Part shown: positions 35,901-49,400 of the stretch, piece after piece | Layout of the letters: each line of letters opens with the position of its first letter | How positions within the stretch are numbered: position 1 is the stretch's first letter | NCBI RefSeq assembly: GCF_003704095.1 | Contig: NW_020847627.1 | Coordinates: 1 to 64,000 of the forward strand | From: Pocillopora damicornis | Lineage: Eukaryota | Reading direction: 5' to 3' | DNA: 64,000 bases | Notes under the pieces: model-generated | Told to the model about the DNA's origin: nothing | Databases searched by the model: none | Seen by the model: only the letters and a program-made list of their open reading frames with translations | Made by a program: the position numbers and the translations under genes

Positions 35901-36100
35901 AAAACATGAAGTATATATGGTATTTGGATTCAAGACCGAGTCCTGTTGAACATTTGATACGAGATTACTGTGCGACTTTAAGACAGCTTGAAAGGGCATT
36001 AATTAGTCCTATGGTCAACCGAGGAGATGTTTCAGACATAGTTAAGGAGTGGGTTGAAAAAGAGGGTTGTCACTGTGAAGAATGTGGTGGTATTCGTTAG
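32903..36100 (+). CDS. Trypsin-like (pseudo)protease - linker - MyD88-like death domain - CxCxxC protein, 397 aa; exons 32903-33521, 34009-34125, 35162-35233, 35715-36100
   Basis: All introns are GT-AG and phase 1; the ORF is 1194 nt. Trypsin_2-like motif order: GTAF, YLMTSCSVV, EEFCFI, SCRGSPVV, VIGVV. DD: LDPKRDLGGDYCSLASAFG...SPVEHLI...NRGDVSDIVKEW. Tail: CHCEEC. Confidence 0.8.
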
Positions 36101-39100
36101 GGTTTGATCTAATTTGCAGGTGTTATTTCTTTCTACTTATTTCCAAGATTCTACAGTTTGCCTGTGGGTGAGTAAACCACATTTTTTGATAAAGTGGAAC
36201 ACTAGATTTCTTCTGGAATCACAGGAAATTACACCAGTCCTATAGATAAGGCCAAATTGATATTTCCAAAGTTGACAGTTTTGTCACTTGGAAGTGGAAG
36301 TTGCCGAATTAAGCAAGGAAAAGGTACTTTATGACCAATTATCCATTTAACCCACAATGTTGTCAGTAATAATTAAAACATTTAACTGCTAGTCAAGATA
36401 GTTTTGCAAACTTAAACAAATGATTTAAAAGAAATGAGTGCAGTAAGAAGTTAGTATTTGTGATAGCCTTTGGGACTGGTTATCATTTCACAGGTGTCAA
36501 AACTCAACTTTAGCTCCTGTAGAGTTTAACAGATAAAATGATTGCTAAAAAGTAGATACGATAAAGATGATTACTAATACAGTGATATAATCTGTCCTTG
36601 AGAAGGATATTCCCAATGTTGGAAAAACCAGGAAATCACTTCCTTTTCATCTAACATACATGTTGTCACTGTACCTTTAAACCTCATAGATATTTAATTT
36701 ACCTTACTGACCAAAGTAGAGGTGAATAATGGTGGATATTTACCGAGCTGAGAAGCCGCAAGGTGAATATCAACCACTTTCTCGAACACTTGGGTGAATA
36801 ATTGTTTTAGTATATACCACACAGATACCAAAAAATTAGTTTTAATAATTTCTTTCAATATACTGATGCATTGCCTTACTTTTTACTTGCACAAATTTGT
36901 CAAAACTGTGGCCAGTGCAGTTGCAGAGCTCAAAGTATAGATGAAAAACAACAATGCAAGGGATAATGATGAATGTAATTTTTTAGTGTCTTTAAAAGAT
37001 GAAGCAAGAAGGTGTAGCTTATGTTTAATCCACTTTATCTTTAACAGATGTCTTGAAATATGCTGCACTATAAGTGTTTTTAGGCATGTATTTTTGCTAA
37101 GTATTTATAGTTCTATACTTATTTTATTCTCTGTAAATTAGGAATGAGGGTAAATATTGTTGTGAAACTATTAAAAATTATCTAGTAGGTACCTGAATAT
37201 TTTTAAGTTCAATGGAGTATTTTTTTTTATTCTGGCAGTAAGTGAATAAGTTCAGTACTGCTCATCTGTTTACTTTGTGGCTCACCAAAACCACTGCTAG
37301 CAGAAACTATTAGAAAGTAATTGCTTTTAGTAAAGTAACCAAGACACTGTATCTTCAGAGTAGTCACTTAATATGGTGAACCAGAAATTTGACTCATATT
37401 AGGTAGCAATTACGGCAAACAAAGTTTTCAGTTGTTGTAATTGTTGTTTTTTGTAATGATAGCATAACAATCTTCTTAGGTTGTTGGGTGGAACTCTCAA
37501 AAATATTTTATGTGCTTTATGCATCAATCAATTTGATGCTTCAAATTGAAAAAAGGACATGGTCAGTTTTACCAACAAGAAGAGATCTCAACACAAAGAT
37601 GAACTGTAACACTAAACTTTATTATTCACAAAATTGTCTTCATAATAAATAGTTTGATAGAAGTCTCTCAAAAAATAATTTGTCATACAATGTGATGGTC
37701 TGAAAGATTCCCTATCAAACAAATCTTGTGGTAACTGTAACAGTATAAAATAAATATCTCAATTGGGATAGATTTCTCAATATTTTTTAAAGTATCTTTG
37801 CAAATAGAAACATACATCTCAGAATTATATTATCATAACATCCGTTAACACAATGCAACAAGAACTACTATAATGGCAGTTTTATAATTTGTGTGAGAAG
37901 GCCTCTGACCACTATGAATGTAAATATCAATTCACTGAATGTTAATCGCTGACAGATACTAAAATGTGTCAAAAGGACAAGTATTGTTGAGATCAGTAGC
38001 CGAGAGGAAGCATTTCTGTCCTTTTCCTTTATAGCGCTTTAACACCCAAGATCTGATTGTTAATCCTCCCTTCAAGCTGCTACATATTTAGTTGTAAATA
38101 AGTCATGAGAATTTGATTAAAGATCAAGATAACTTCTACCTGGTAAGTTTCAGTATTCTCATTACCTGTTTGCTGGATAGTGTTCAGATATTATAGGGAG
38201 AAGATACAAGTGTTTAATATTTTGGTCTGATTCTTTCACTGCTGTCTTGCCACCTAATAAATTACCATGAGTTTACCAAACTGAAATTGTTTTCAATGTA
38301 TCACATGCATAATTTGTCCAGAGCCAGATGGGTATCAAAATATTGTGACATCTGTTAGTTACCTATTTCCCACATGGGTTGATAGAAAGAATGGTTTTAA
38401 TTAAGTGGACAGGCTCCATTGCGTAGTTTCTCCTAGGAAACAAATGGCGTACTAAAATACATCTTGGTAATCAAAACGTGAACTTTAAATGAAGAATAAG
38501 GTACAACAATAAGTACCACATCAACAACAACAGCCATAGCAAAGCTTTGTTGATTGCACGTGCAACACAGATATACAACAAACATCTTATGTAGCCCCTT
38601 AATTAAGGGATGTTTTTGGTCAAACACACTTGCAAAAGTAAGCATGCGGTAGGGTTTGCTGAGCGGTCAGTCGGTCAAAATCATCTGTGTCAAGCAAGTC
38701 ACCAAGAACAGCCAACAGATCTGCATCCTGCCACAAAATAGAGCACATGATCACTCAGGAAACTCCTCCTCTCTTCATGACACACCCAATGTTCTGGTAA
38801 GGGAGAGAGAGTGTTGCATGACCACAACAAAAAGTGGCTGCAAAGGAGACTGCACAAAAAGACAGGAAATCATGCAGGAAAATAGGGCAGTTCATCCAAG
38901 TTTGGGAGAAAGATCTTTGGTGCTCTAAAGGAGTACCTCTGATGGCACCTCATGTTTGTGGGATATTTTGGGGTTCATCAAGAAATTTTCATGCCCGAGC
39001 AATGAAAAAAATGCTATAAACCTAACACAATCAGAGGAGTCAAGTGAAGCATCTATGAAAGAATTACATTAAATTTTGAAAAGATAAAATCGCAAGAAAT

Positions 39101-40466
39101 TAATGGGATGTAGAAGGCATTTTAGGTCAGTATTAAAAATCAAGATTCTACAATAATGTTTACTTTAATATTTACAAACCTCAGTCAACTGAGAGAATGT
39201 TGTTGTAGAATCCTTATTGGGAAAATTCATCTGCAATGAAGACAATATAAGTGCTCCAATTAATTTATAAGTTTGCTCCCTCAACTTAAAAAACTATACT
39301 TGTTCATACCAAAACAAAATTTAACACCAACAGGCGGCCTAATTGTATTTTGAGGTCACTCCCAGGAGTGATCAAGAAGGAATTTCTCCTCTTGATATGA
39401 ATGAATACACTTTCAATGAGAGGGAGACAAAAATATCAACTAAGGAATATTTTCTGATGGAAAAAAAAAATCTCTGAGATAAAATTACAAGAAAAGGTTA
39501 GCACACTGTGCAGAGAATTGATAAGCAGAACTTGAGTGAAACAGGCTGAATGGTCATTGAAAGGTTGACTGAAAGGCTGAAGGCACTGGCTACTTTTTCT
39601 GTAGAAGATTTGTTGCTGCTTTCAAAATCTTATCAAAAAGAGATTAAAATGGCTTTTAACGAATGAACTTCCTTAACAAAGGAAACATAACATTTTGTTG
39701 TGTGAGCATCTTGATTTTGAGGAAAACATTTAAAGCTGTCAGGAGATTAAGAAAGAATGCTCACAACATTTTAAACCAACCTTCACAATTAACTCTCCAA
39801 ATAATTTCATATCTTGTGATGGGCTAGATTGCTTGAAAAAAGAATTTTTAATGAAATAAAACAATTAGTAAATCAAGAAACTCCCTGGCAACCTTGCCTT
39901 AAAGGTGTGACTATTACAAGTACATGTGGGAGTGTATCACTTCTTAAATCAAGCCAGCCTGATACCAAGATACACACTGTTCCTTGGGTATTAGGTGTTG
40001 CACAAAGTTCTGTGGTTAATGTGCACAATTCTCCTGCTAGATTTCAACAATATTAACCATGTTTTGATTTATATGTGGAGAATAATTCTCTCATTTCTTT
40101 GTACTGTTCTTCTCCCACTAATTTCTGAACATCATCACTTTTTTCTAATGAGAGAACAATTCAACCATGCATTACACTTGGTAGGGAAGGCACAAGAGCT
40201 TAGTGTAAAACAAAATGACTGCCCTTAGCTTTCTCACTTTGAAAGACCAAAAGCCTATATTCAATTACACAGGGCTAGTGTTTATGTCACAAATGAAAGA
40301 TTGTATGTAACCCTGTTTTAATTTGTTGACTATTCTTTATTTAAAATTCTGCACCACAAAATTATCAAATACATGCAAATTGAGTTGATTAGCATGTTGT
40401 CACCATGAGACAAAATTTAATGCTTTCAACTGTGAAATATATCAATATTAATAAGCAAATACTTAC

Positions 40467-43400
40467 TGTATTAATAAATGGGTAAAAATCTAGGACTCCT
40501 CTGTACTCTCCAGACCTTTTCTCAACAAATACACTTTGGAGGTGTATACAACCATGGAAAATGTTTTGTGAGTGCAGTGAATTAAGAGCCTCAAGTATGT
40601 CCCTCAGAACCAAAGAAATACCCTGCAAGTACAGATGCACAAGACATACAGTGCCGTAACAAATAATACTGTTATTAGTTATATGTTATCATAATAATAA
40701 TACATGGAAATCACCTCAAATAAAATGTGGAGTTTTTCTTCATTCCTGAAATGAACTTAGAGTCCTTTTACAATATCAATATAACATCTATATATCAGAA
40801 TGAAAATTAAATTAAGCAATGCCATTTTTTTCTCTCAAGGAGACAATAACATGTCTGTTAAAAATAACACTGATCAAGATAGACAGTCCTTTGAGTATCA
40901 CATGCTTTTTGTTTCATTCTCTTCTGACAATGGTCCCTTCAAGTAAACCTGCCACCTTTCTGACACCTAACAAGTATTTATATAGTTGGGGTAGTACTTG
41001 ACTTGAGAGTGATCTCCCTTTTAGCACTGACACATTTTGTGTTTACCTCAGGTGAACACTCTTGTAAAGCTATCCACTCTTCAGCACTCATCAAGAGAGG
41101 CATTTGGACAAATGCCCTGTTTCCCTGTAATAGAAAAAATATTACAGCTAGTATATATAAGAAATGCTAACACTAATTGACTTCCAATATCAAAACAGCC
41201 CCAGGTGAGAGGGAAATTTCCAAAGGATGGTTCAGAGCCAAGCATATTTAAATGGCTTGCTTTACTTCACTACGAGAAGGTCTTAGAAAATAGTCACCTT
41301 CCACCACAAAAGCAAAACTATAAACTGAATGCTGCTTCTTTTGACTTCAAGTTTTAAGAGGCTCCTTGTAATAAAGTTCTCAGCTCTGACTGGCTGCCAT
41401 AATGACTTTAACTTTTGCTTGAGGCATTCACTCAAAATGCACCCTAAAAGGGTTGTGTCACCTAGAATCATTGTTGCTGTGTTAACAATAACTACTGATG
41501 TAATCATGACCAGAGAAGTTTCCATTGGTAAGTAATGCTAATTATTGGGAGAATCATACTCAGTTGTGATTATTTTTATATAAAAAGGGCAAAGATTACA
41601 AAAATGAAACACACTTCTTGAGCAGTGACTTTCTCAAGAATACAAAAGGCACCATAACAGTTTGTTTTCACTGCATTTCCCTGAATTTAAAGTAAAATGT
41701 GTAAATTTAAAATTTAAATTTTGTTTGGTTCCTAAGAGGATGATTAACATCAGAATGAAAAATACCAACTAGGTAGCACTACTGCAAAAACAGTCACTAC
41801 TATTTCATGCACTTTAGGCAGTTTAAATGTTCTCGTTCCAAAGTTCCACAAAGGAATTTCCCAGTTCTCTATGCCAACTTGTACCTTAGCAAAGAAAGCA
41901 TCCAGCCGCATAAGGTAAGGGTTCTTTACACTGCTGAAGTGAACAGCATTTTTCTTCAGAGTTTCTATGTCCCCCACTTCTCTGTCAACACTTAGCTCCT
42001 ACCAAATAAAGACATGGGATTAGTTTCCAGTCAAAACCCAAAGAGAAGTTGGGATTTATTCATCTGAGCATTTGCCGTAACCAAGAACTGTGAATGATAA
42101 TTGAGGGGCAATCCTTTCCATCTATATGAGTGCAAATTACCTTTAATATACAAGGTCTTCCAGCAAATTCTGTCTTGATCACAGAGCACTTATCATGACT
42201 AACAGATGGTACACTATCATGGTGTGGATAATGTTCTAACTCTCTTCCTGGTTTTACCAGTCCATTAGAAGCCTGATAATTAAAAAAAGGACTCAATCAA
42301 ATCAATCATCAGTCTCAACTTTCAAAATTTTTACTTTTTGCAACAAACTCAAAACAGAATCAGTCTGTATTTTCAGGGTTATGTTTAGTTGGAAACTCTT
42401 TGGTGTATTATATCACTGTGCTCATCTGTGACATTTGGACATTTGTAGATGAAGATCAAAACCAATGTGGCAGACATCACAAGAGAGATGTGAATTGTTT
42501 CACAAGATTCAAAACAAAAAATTCTGTGATTTGTGATTGATATGGAGGATTTCAGTCCATTTGGTTTTTTCTTCCTCTCTTGTAAATGGCATTTTAATTC
42601 CTAGTTTCATGCAATGAAACTGCAAGTCGGTAGTTCTAAATCTCAAAGTTGGCTTTTTTTCTAAGGGCACAGCTATTAGTTATTTTTTGTTAAAAATGCT
42701 ATTGCATGTTATGATTATTATAACTAAAAACCAAAGAATCTCACTTATCACAAACTAATACAAAAGAGCTCTCAAATATTGGTCTTATATTTGACAAAAT
42801 AAACCTCATATTATTGCAGTTTCCACTGTTGATTACAAATAAAATGTGATGTAATTGAAAAAATAACACTAGTTACCAGATATTCTGATATTCCCAGTTC
42901 AGGATGAGCAATTGGGAGTTCAGGAAAGTGGTGTGAAGCAGCCTTGGCTACATCAGCCTGTCAGGAAGAAAAAATTACTGCATTAGTCTCATACTCATTA
43001 CTGGTAACACTTTCACCCTCAATGAGCTAATTTTTTCTTACACAAGTCACTCCTGAATCAAACATCAGTGTCATGAGAACAAAGGAAAACATTCTTATTG
43101 TCATTGCAATTTGAGAGAAAGATCCATTTTTGTACTCATTGAACAAACTAAAGTTGAAAATATTACGATATGGAGCTAAAAAATGGTCAGCCTATGAAAG
43201 GGAAACTGCTGCTAAACCACTAAGGGATATATACACCACCATGGACATTTGTCAAACAGTCATTAACTTTATGCAGAATTAAGATGGACAGAGTGATACT
43301 GCAGAATCACCATTCATTTATAGTTTTTACAGTAGCCAATAGTCATTAGTATTACTTTTATGAGTATTTGTGTGTGTGGACATGCTTGTGTATGTATCTG

Positions 43401-46400
43401 AGGGTGAGAGTGGGTGAATAAGTATGTGTGCCTCACCAACCTAGTTAATTAATTGTATTTATTTAAAATATCTAAGAACTTAGGCAAGCCCTTATGTTTT
43501 GTTTTGTTTTGTTGATTTCCTGCACCCTTATTTAATTAGTTTACTTCAGTCTGTATTTTAACTTCATAACCTTGTAAATAGTAGGTCAAATAAATATTGT
43601 CTCCTATCTCGGAAGTATAGTATGCAACCCTGGCCGCACCAATTTTTATTCCTCTCAGACTGTAAATGCTGTCCATTAATTCTCTGCAAGTTTAGATACA
43701 GCCATACAACCTTACATCCTCATGTCCCTCCCATTATCCTGATTGTCAATGTGTTAGAGACTTGAATAATTATGCCTCAGCAAGTCAGCGCTCAGTTGTA
43801 AAAAAAATGTGATGATAGTCATTGCAATAACCCATAGGTGACTTCTGACAGCTGAGTCATAAAATAATACCCCCTCATTCTACATGGAATAGACTCAAAA
43901 TACCACTTTATTAACCTTGGGGGAGATTCTGGTAGAAATCCATGGAAACAAGGAGTTTCTCAGTATGCTGCATACTTACCAAAAAATTGCTTTCATCCTC
44001 AAAACTTTGGTGAAGTTTTAAATAAATTTCAGAAATGTCTTTTTCCACCTATGAAGAAACAAACGCTTCAATAAAAACATGGGAAAAAATGAAATTGTTC
44101 CCCATCATCAGTCATGAATACACAGTCCAAGTGTTGTACAATTTTACACAAAAAATTCAATCATAACTACCTTTTGGAGATCTTCAGAAGTTTCTGGCTC
44201 ATCTCCCTACACACCAAACAAACAATTCAATCCAAAATCTGCTCTTTAATAACACTTCAGTGAATTATTTCTCACCACCTATGCATTAAATGAGTCATCA
44301 CTACTACCAATGAAAGAGAATTGCAGTCTGAGAGATATTAACCTTCAACTTTCATTTAAGTTGAAATATTGATGCCCTCTCAGACAAAACAACATGATTA
44401 AATTCCTGCTTCCCTTAAAAAAAATATCATATTTAATTTATAATACAACTGAATGATAAATGTTGTGATTGGTTTTATGTTGATAATCTATCAAAGTACA
44501 GATGTTTGTTTGTTTGACAGTGCACAGGTACAAAAATATTTGAAGATTATTCTGAATTAAGCAATCACAAGCAACAAACAAAGTCAAAAGGAGCTGTGTA
44601 TCAGGACAAAAAACATGACAACAAGAAAAAAATTATGAGCATCCTTGAAGACCCTAACTAGGGGCAAATGGCTGTAAATGAAATATGGAAGAGCTTTTCT
44701 CCCCATGGCATAAGCCCACAGATTCCATTATGCCATGTGTCATTGACAAACCCGTGTGAGGCTTGTGTGCCATTCTACTTCATCTGTGAACTATAAATCA
44801 ATATATTTCACAAGGCAAAATCATTTCATTTTCTTGAGCTGATCAACTATGCACCATTGCTGTCTGTCAAACCAACCTCTTCCAAGTCTTTCTTGTCTGC
44901 CAGTCTATGCCGCAGTCTTGAACGAAGGGTTTTGATACTTCTTTTTATTTCAATGACTTTCTTTATGTCAGGCTTGGTTTCCAGCCATGAACCCATATCA
45001 GTCTGTTAATTTTAAATCAGCAAATAAGTCAGAATAACACTGAAAGAGCTATATCAAAATAATGAGTATTCCAAATTTCATTCCAATTTTATAAAACCCT
45101 TATTGACATGTTTCATAGTGACTAATTTTCTGCACAACTGACTTTTTATCTTCTGGTTAATTTCCTTCTCTACCATAGAAAACTATTTGAAGGAGCTAAT
45201 TCCTTAATGATGAGTCAATAAGTATTTTGTTCAAAATAATGTTCTTATTTACTGAAGCGACAATGCAAATATCTAATTAAAATGTCTGAAAAAAAAGGGT
45301 TTCTTGACCCTTAGAAGGACAACCCAAGCAAATTGAGCTATGCCAAAAACTAAACTATATAAATATCTGCACTACAAAAAATGGGAAAAGCTGATACTGT
45401 ATCTGCATAGAAAAACACTGCCATTTTCAATCTCACTTCAGTATGCCTCTTGTCTCTGAAATTTTCATTTGTGTTTTTGATGTGTTGGTAAAGGTCATGC
45501 GTCAGCCGACACACTACTGATGCATTGGTGAGATTGAATGCATAAGACCAACCTCATTGGAATATAATTCTAAATCACTGCCATTTTTAGAACCAAACAC
45601 CAATACCTAGGCTTCTCCTAGTTTTTTTTTTTTTAAAAGGGTCAGATACTGTGTGAGTTAGCATGTTAAGCATTGGTAAGATCAACCACATGTCAGCCAA
45701 CACACTACCGAAACGTTGGTAAGATCGACCACATAAGAAAAGGAACTCTAAATCGTTGCCACTTTAAGGATGAAACACTAACTAGCATTGGAAGCAAGAC
45801 CAACCTTGTAGGAAAAGAAATCTAAATCAGTGCCATTTTGAGAATGAAATGCTAGTACCTAGGTCTATCCTTCTAGGAAAAATATAGGAAATGTTTATCT
45901 AATGCTCAGTCAGGATAAGTAACTGAGTGAGGACTGGGTTCCAATAACACAACAAACAAGATGGTGGCCAAAAGGAAATTATTCATTTTCATACTGTGAG
46001 CGAAAGTTTTCCAAAGAATATGTTATAGATAAGTGTGGAAAAGGAAGGTTCAGCATTGCTTTACATAAATAAGGCTCAAACAAAGTCACCGACACACCAC
46101 TGACACATCTTGTAGGTTGGAAGGATAAACGTTGGTCAATGTGTTGGTAGGATCAGATTTTTTACCTTCATTGGTGTGTTTTTGTTTAAAATTTAGTCTG
46201 TTGTAGGTTAATATCATATAAGAATATTTTGTTCTGAGGTATGAACTGTACATTTTGATTGTTTTTATTTATGTAAATTGAGTAAATTACATGTGGTCAA
46301 TAGCATATCCTACTAAACTGTGTTAGGAGAATGTCGGAAAAAACATTTGCAAAAAAATAGCAAACAAACAATTAAACTACAAGAAGTCTGAAACTTAAAA

Positions 46401-49400
46401 GGTTATCTAGTAATTATTTATGAGGAAACAATTGGATGGTATCTGTGTTAAAACTATATAATATTAATTTTGGCCTATAAAACTAACCTGCAGACCTTTG
46501 TAATTTATCACCAAATTGTCTCTGTAGAACATGACAGACAACAAGAGACATTTCCAAGTATTTGACTATAACCTGCTCATAAATAAACTTTTAATTTACT
46601 TAATAGATCTAAGTACAAGGCTCCATGATATGAGAGAAGTTGTGGGGTTTATTATCCAATTCTTTATGGCAATTATGTCTATTGAATAAAATGATTTAAG
46701 TGGAAGAATTTTTTGGAATGAGCCTCTTAAGTGCCTTTTCTTAATGTAATACCAACAGCCCTGAGTGTTGTAAGATGGAATACTAGACTATTTGAAAGGA
46801 GAATTTACAAGTTAATCAGTTCACTTACATGTCAGGCTATTTCATGCTCCCTTAAGTTCAACAGAAAGAAGAAATTATTGCTATAAATAGAACCACAAAA
46901 CCTACCAACTTTCAAAACTAAGTGTAGAGTAGTTCAGACTGATATATCACTTTACACAATAAACTGAATTATATCACACTTGCATTGATATTTACTTAAC
47001 CCTTTAACTCCCATGAGTGATCAAGACCGAATTTCTCCTTACAATATCAATACACTATCAACCAGATAAGTGATGAGAACAGAGAAAAATATCCATTTGG
47101 GGATAATTAGTTGATCCAACCCTAAATTCTCTGAACTAACATTATGAGAATTGTATGGTTGACAATATGAAGAATTACAATTTTCATCTGGGAGTTAAAG
47201 GGTTTAAATGATCTACTGGAGGACAGAGGCATTAAAGATGTCACCATTAACATTTTTGCTACTTTATCATATAACACAAATAAGTTCCATGTTACAGGTT
47301 TATTCTGTAACAGATTACAAAAAATGTCAAAATGTGGTGGGAACATCAGTGACACACTCACCATGCCTAGTGTGCCTCTTTAGTTCTACAGAACATTTTT
47401 TCATTATCTGTGATCTATTACTGAACAGAAGTACTGCAACATGGAAAATATTTGTTAGATACTTTTCAATAAGTCAGCATGCAAACTAGTGAAGACTCTA
47501 CAAGATAAATGTACTTCTTTTTCCCCAAAGAGTTTACCTCAGTTCCTGAATTTCCTGCAACTCTTTACTTAGTTCACCAATAAGTGCTTTTATTGTCTGA
47601 TCAACTAACTGCTGTGCCTCTTTATCCTCTGATACCTAAACATGTAAATCAATTTCAAAGTCCCCTTGAATTTAGCCACTGTTAAATGTTTCACTTTTTT
47701 CCCAAAAATCTACTGTGAAAAAAAAAAAATTCAAAGGTATGTGCCTACTGCTCCAGCATTGTTACTGTTGCTCACATTGTTAGGAAGTCCATAACAATTT
47801 TGACAAAGATAGTAGATTGAAGTAATTATCTTATCAGTAATTAAAACTGACAATAGTTATAGTACCTTAGACTTGTCCATTTCTTCGTGAATAGCTGAAG
47901 TCAAAGCATTGATCAATGTATCCATGTCATCAAACATAAGGGAGGTACTGACAGCTTCACTGCTCTTTTGTAATACTACCAGAGCCTATTAACACAAATT
48001 AAATGAATGGAAAAATCATGAATACAACTTGCTGAAAAAGTCCAGATTGCCATATTTTCTTTTGCCATATAGGGGTGCATTCATCATGTTCAACCCAACT
48101 TACCGACTGTAGATTGGACAGTGCTGTTACAAGGTCATCTGTACATTGGTTGACTTTCTGTCTTACATCTGCCATATCTTGATGGGTTCTCTCCTGTGAT
48201 GGAATGCAGAATTACTCAACACTCTAAAATATAAACTTCAAGGGAGTTTTGTATTCAAGCAAATATGAAATAGACTTCTCCATTATGCTAATTTAATTAA
48301 AGGAAATAAGAGTTAGAAAAACAAACAAACAGTGTAAGGTCCACACTCAACTTTAGTGACAGGCAAATAAAGATCAAAGGCAAGCGCATCACAATCTCTA
48401 TGGCATGCATTACCAGACTGGGAGTGTTTCTACTTCCTCAAAATGGGATGCCACACCCAATCCGTAACTTTTTAATCCCCCCCCCCTCCCCCACCCCATG
48501 CCCCTCTGCAATTCTTCAAGTTTCCCTGACATTTTGCTGGTACCTATTCAGATCCCTTGGTAGAGACAGAGGCATATAGTGAGTGAAGTGTCTTGCCCCT
48601 CTCCACTCAAAAGTATACAATGATCTCAGTAGAAATATTAAAAACTATTGGTAAGTTTATCTGATTGACACCAATCAATGAAACCATGGCCTGAGATTAT
48701 AATCACTGGGGTATTATAAATTATTCCTTTCTTCCTCTCAGTGAATATTAGTTGAGCTTTAACTGATACTTAAATGCAGGTTTTATCAATACATACCACC
48801 CAATCCTCATAAGCTTTAACAGCCTCTTCTACAGCTAGATCACACTTTGTATTGGAGCTGGCTGGAAAGTTATAAATTCAAAATTTCTTAATTTCATCTT
48901 TTAATCAAAAATTTTACATCAGGTTATCCATGGGAGTCTTTCCTCATGGGTCCACTTGTGGGAAAACCTTTTTGAGCAACCTTTGCAATATTCTTGCAAC
49001 TGTATCTCTTGATTGAGTTCTTTAATATCAAGCAAACTCTAAATGTGAATTAAATATCTTTTATTAACTAAGTCTGAGGTCTTTACTGAAAGTTTATGGC
49101 CAGAATGTGGAAAAAACAAGGTTCTGTAACTTAAAGTACGAACCAAAAGAAGTGAGGTTAGAGGATATCCATAAGAGATTAAAGCTCATTTGGCAACTAA
49201 AACAACCTTTTGAATTTCGCCAGCATTACACTGAAATATGGCCTGCTAAATTGAACAATAATAGTAAATGTATTAACTGAGAAACATAAATAAGTATGGT
49301 ATTTCAACTGCTAAATATCCTAGGAATTGAATAAAAATTAATATTTTCCACACTTTGGGGAAAGCTGTCAATACCTCCTTGGTCTTGAAGCTGAACCAGT

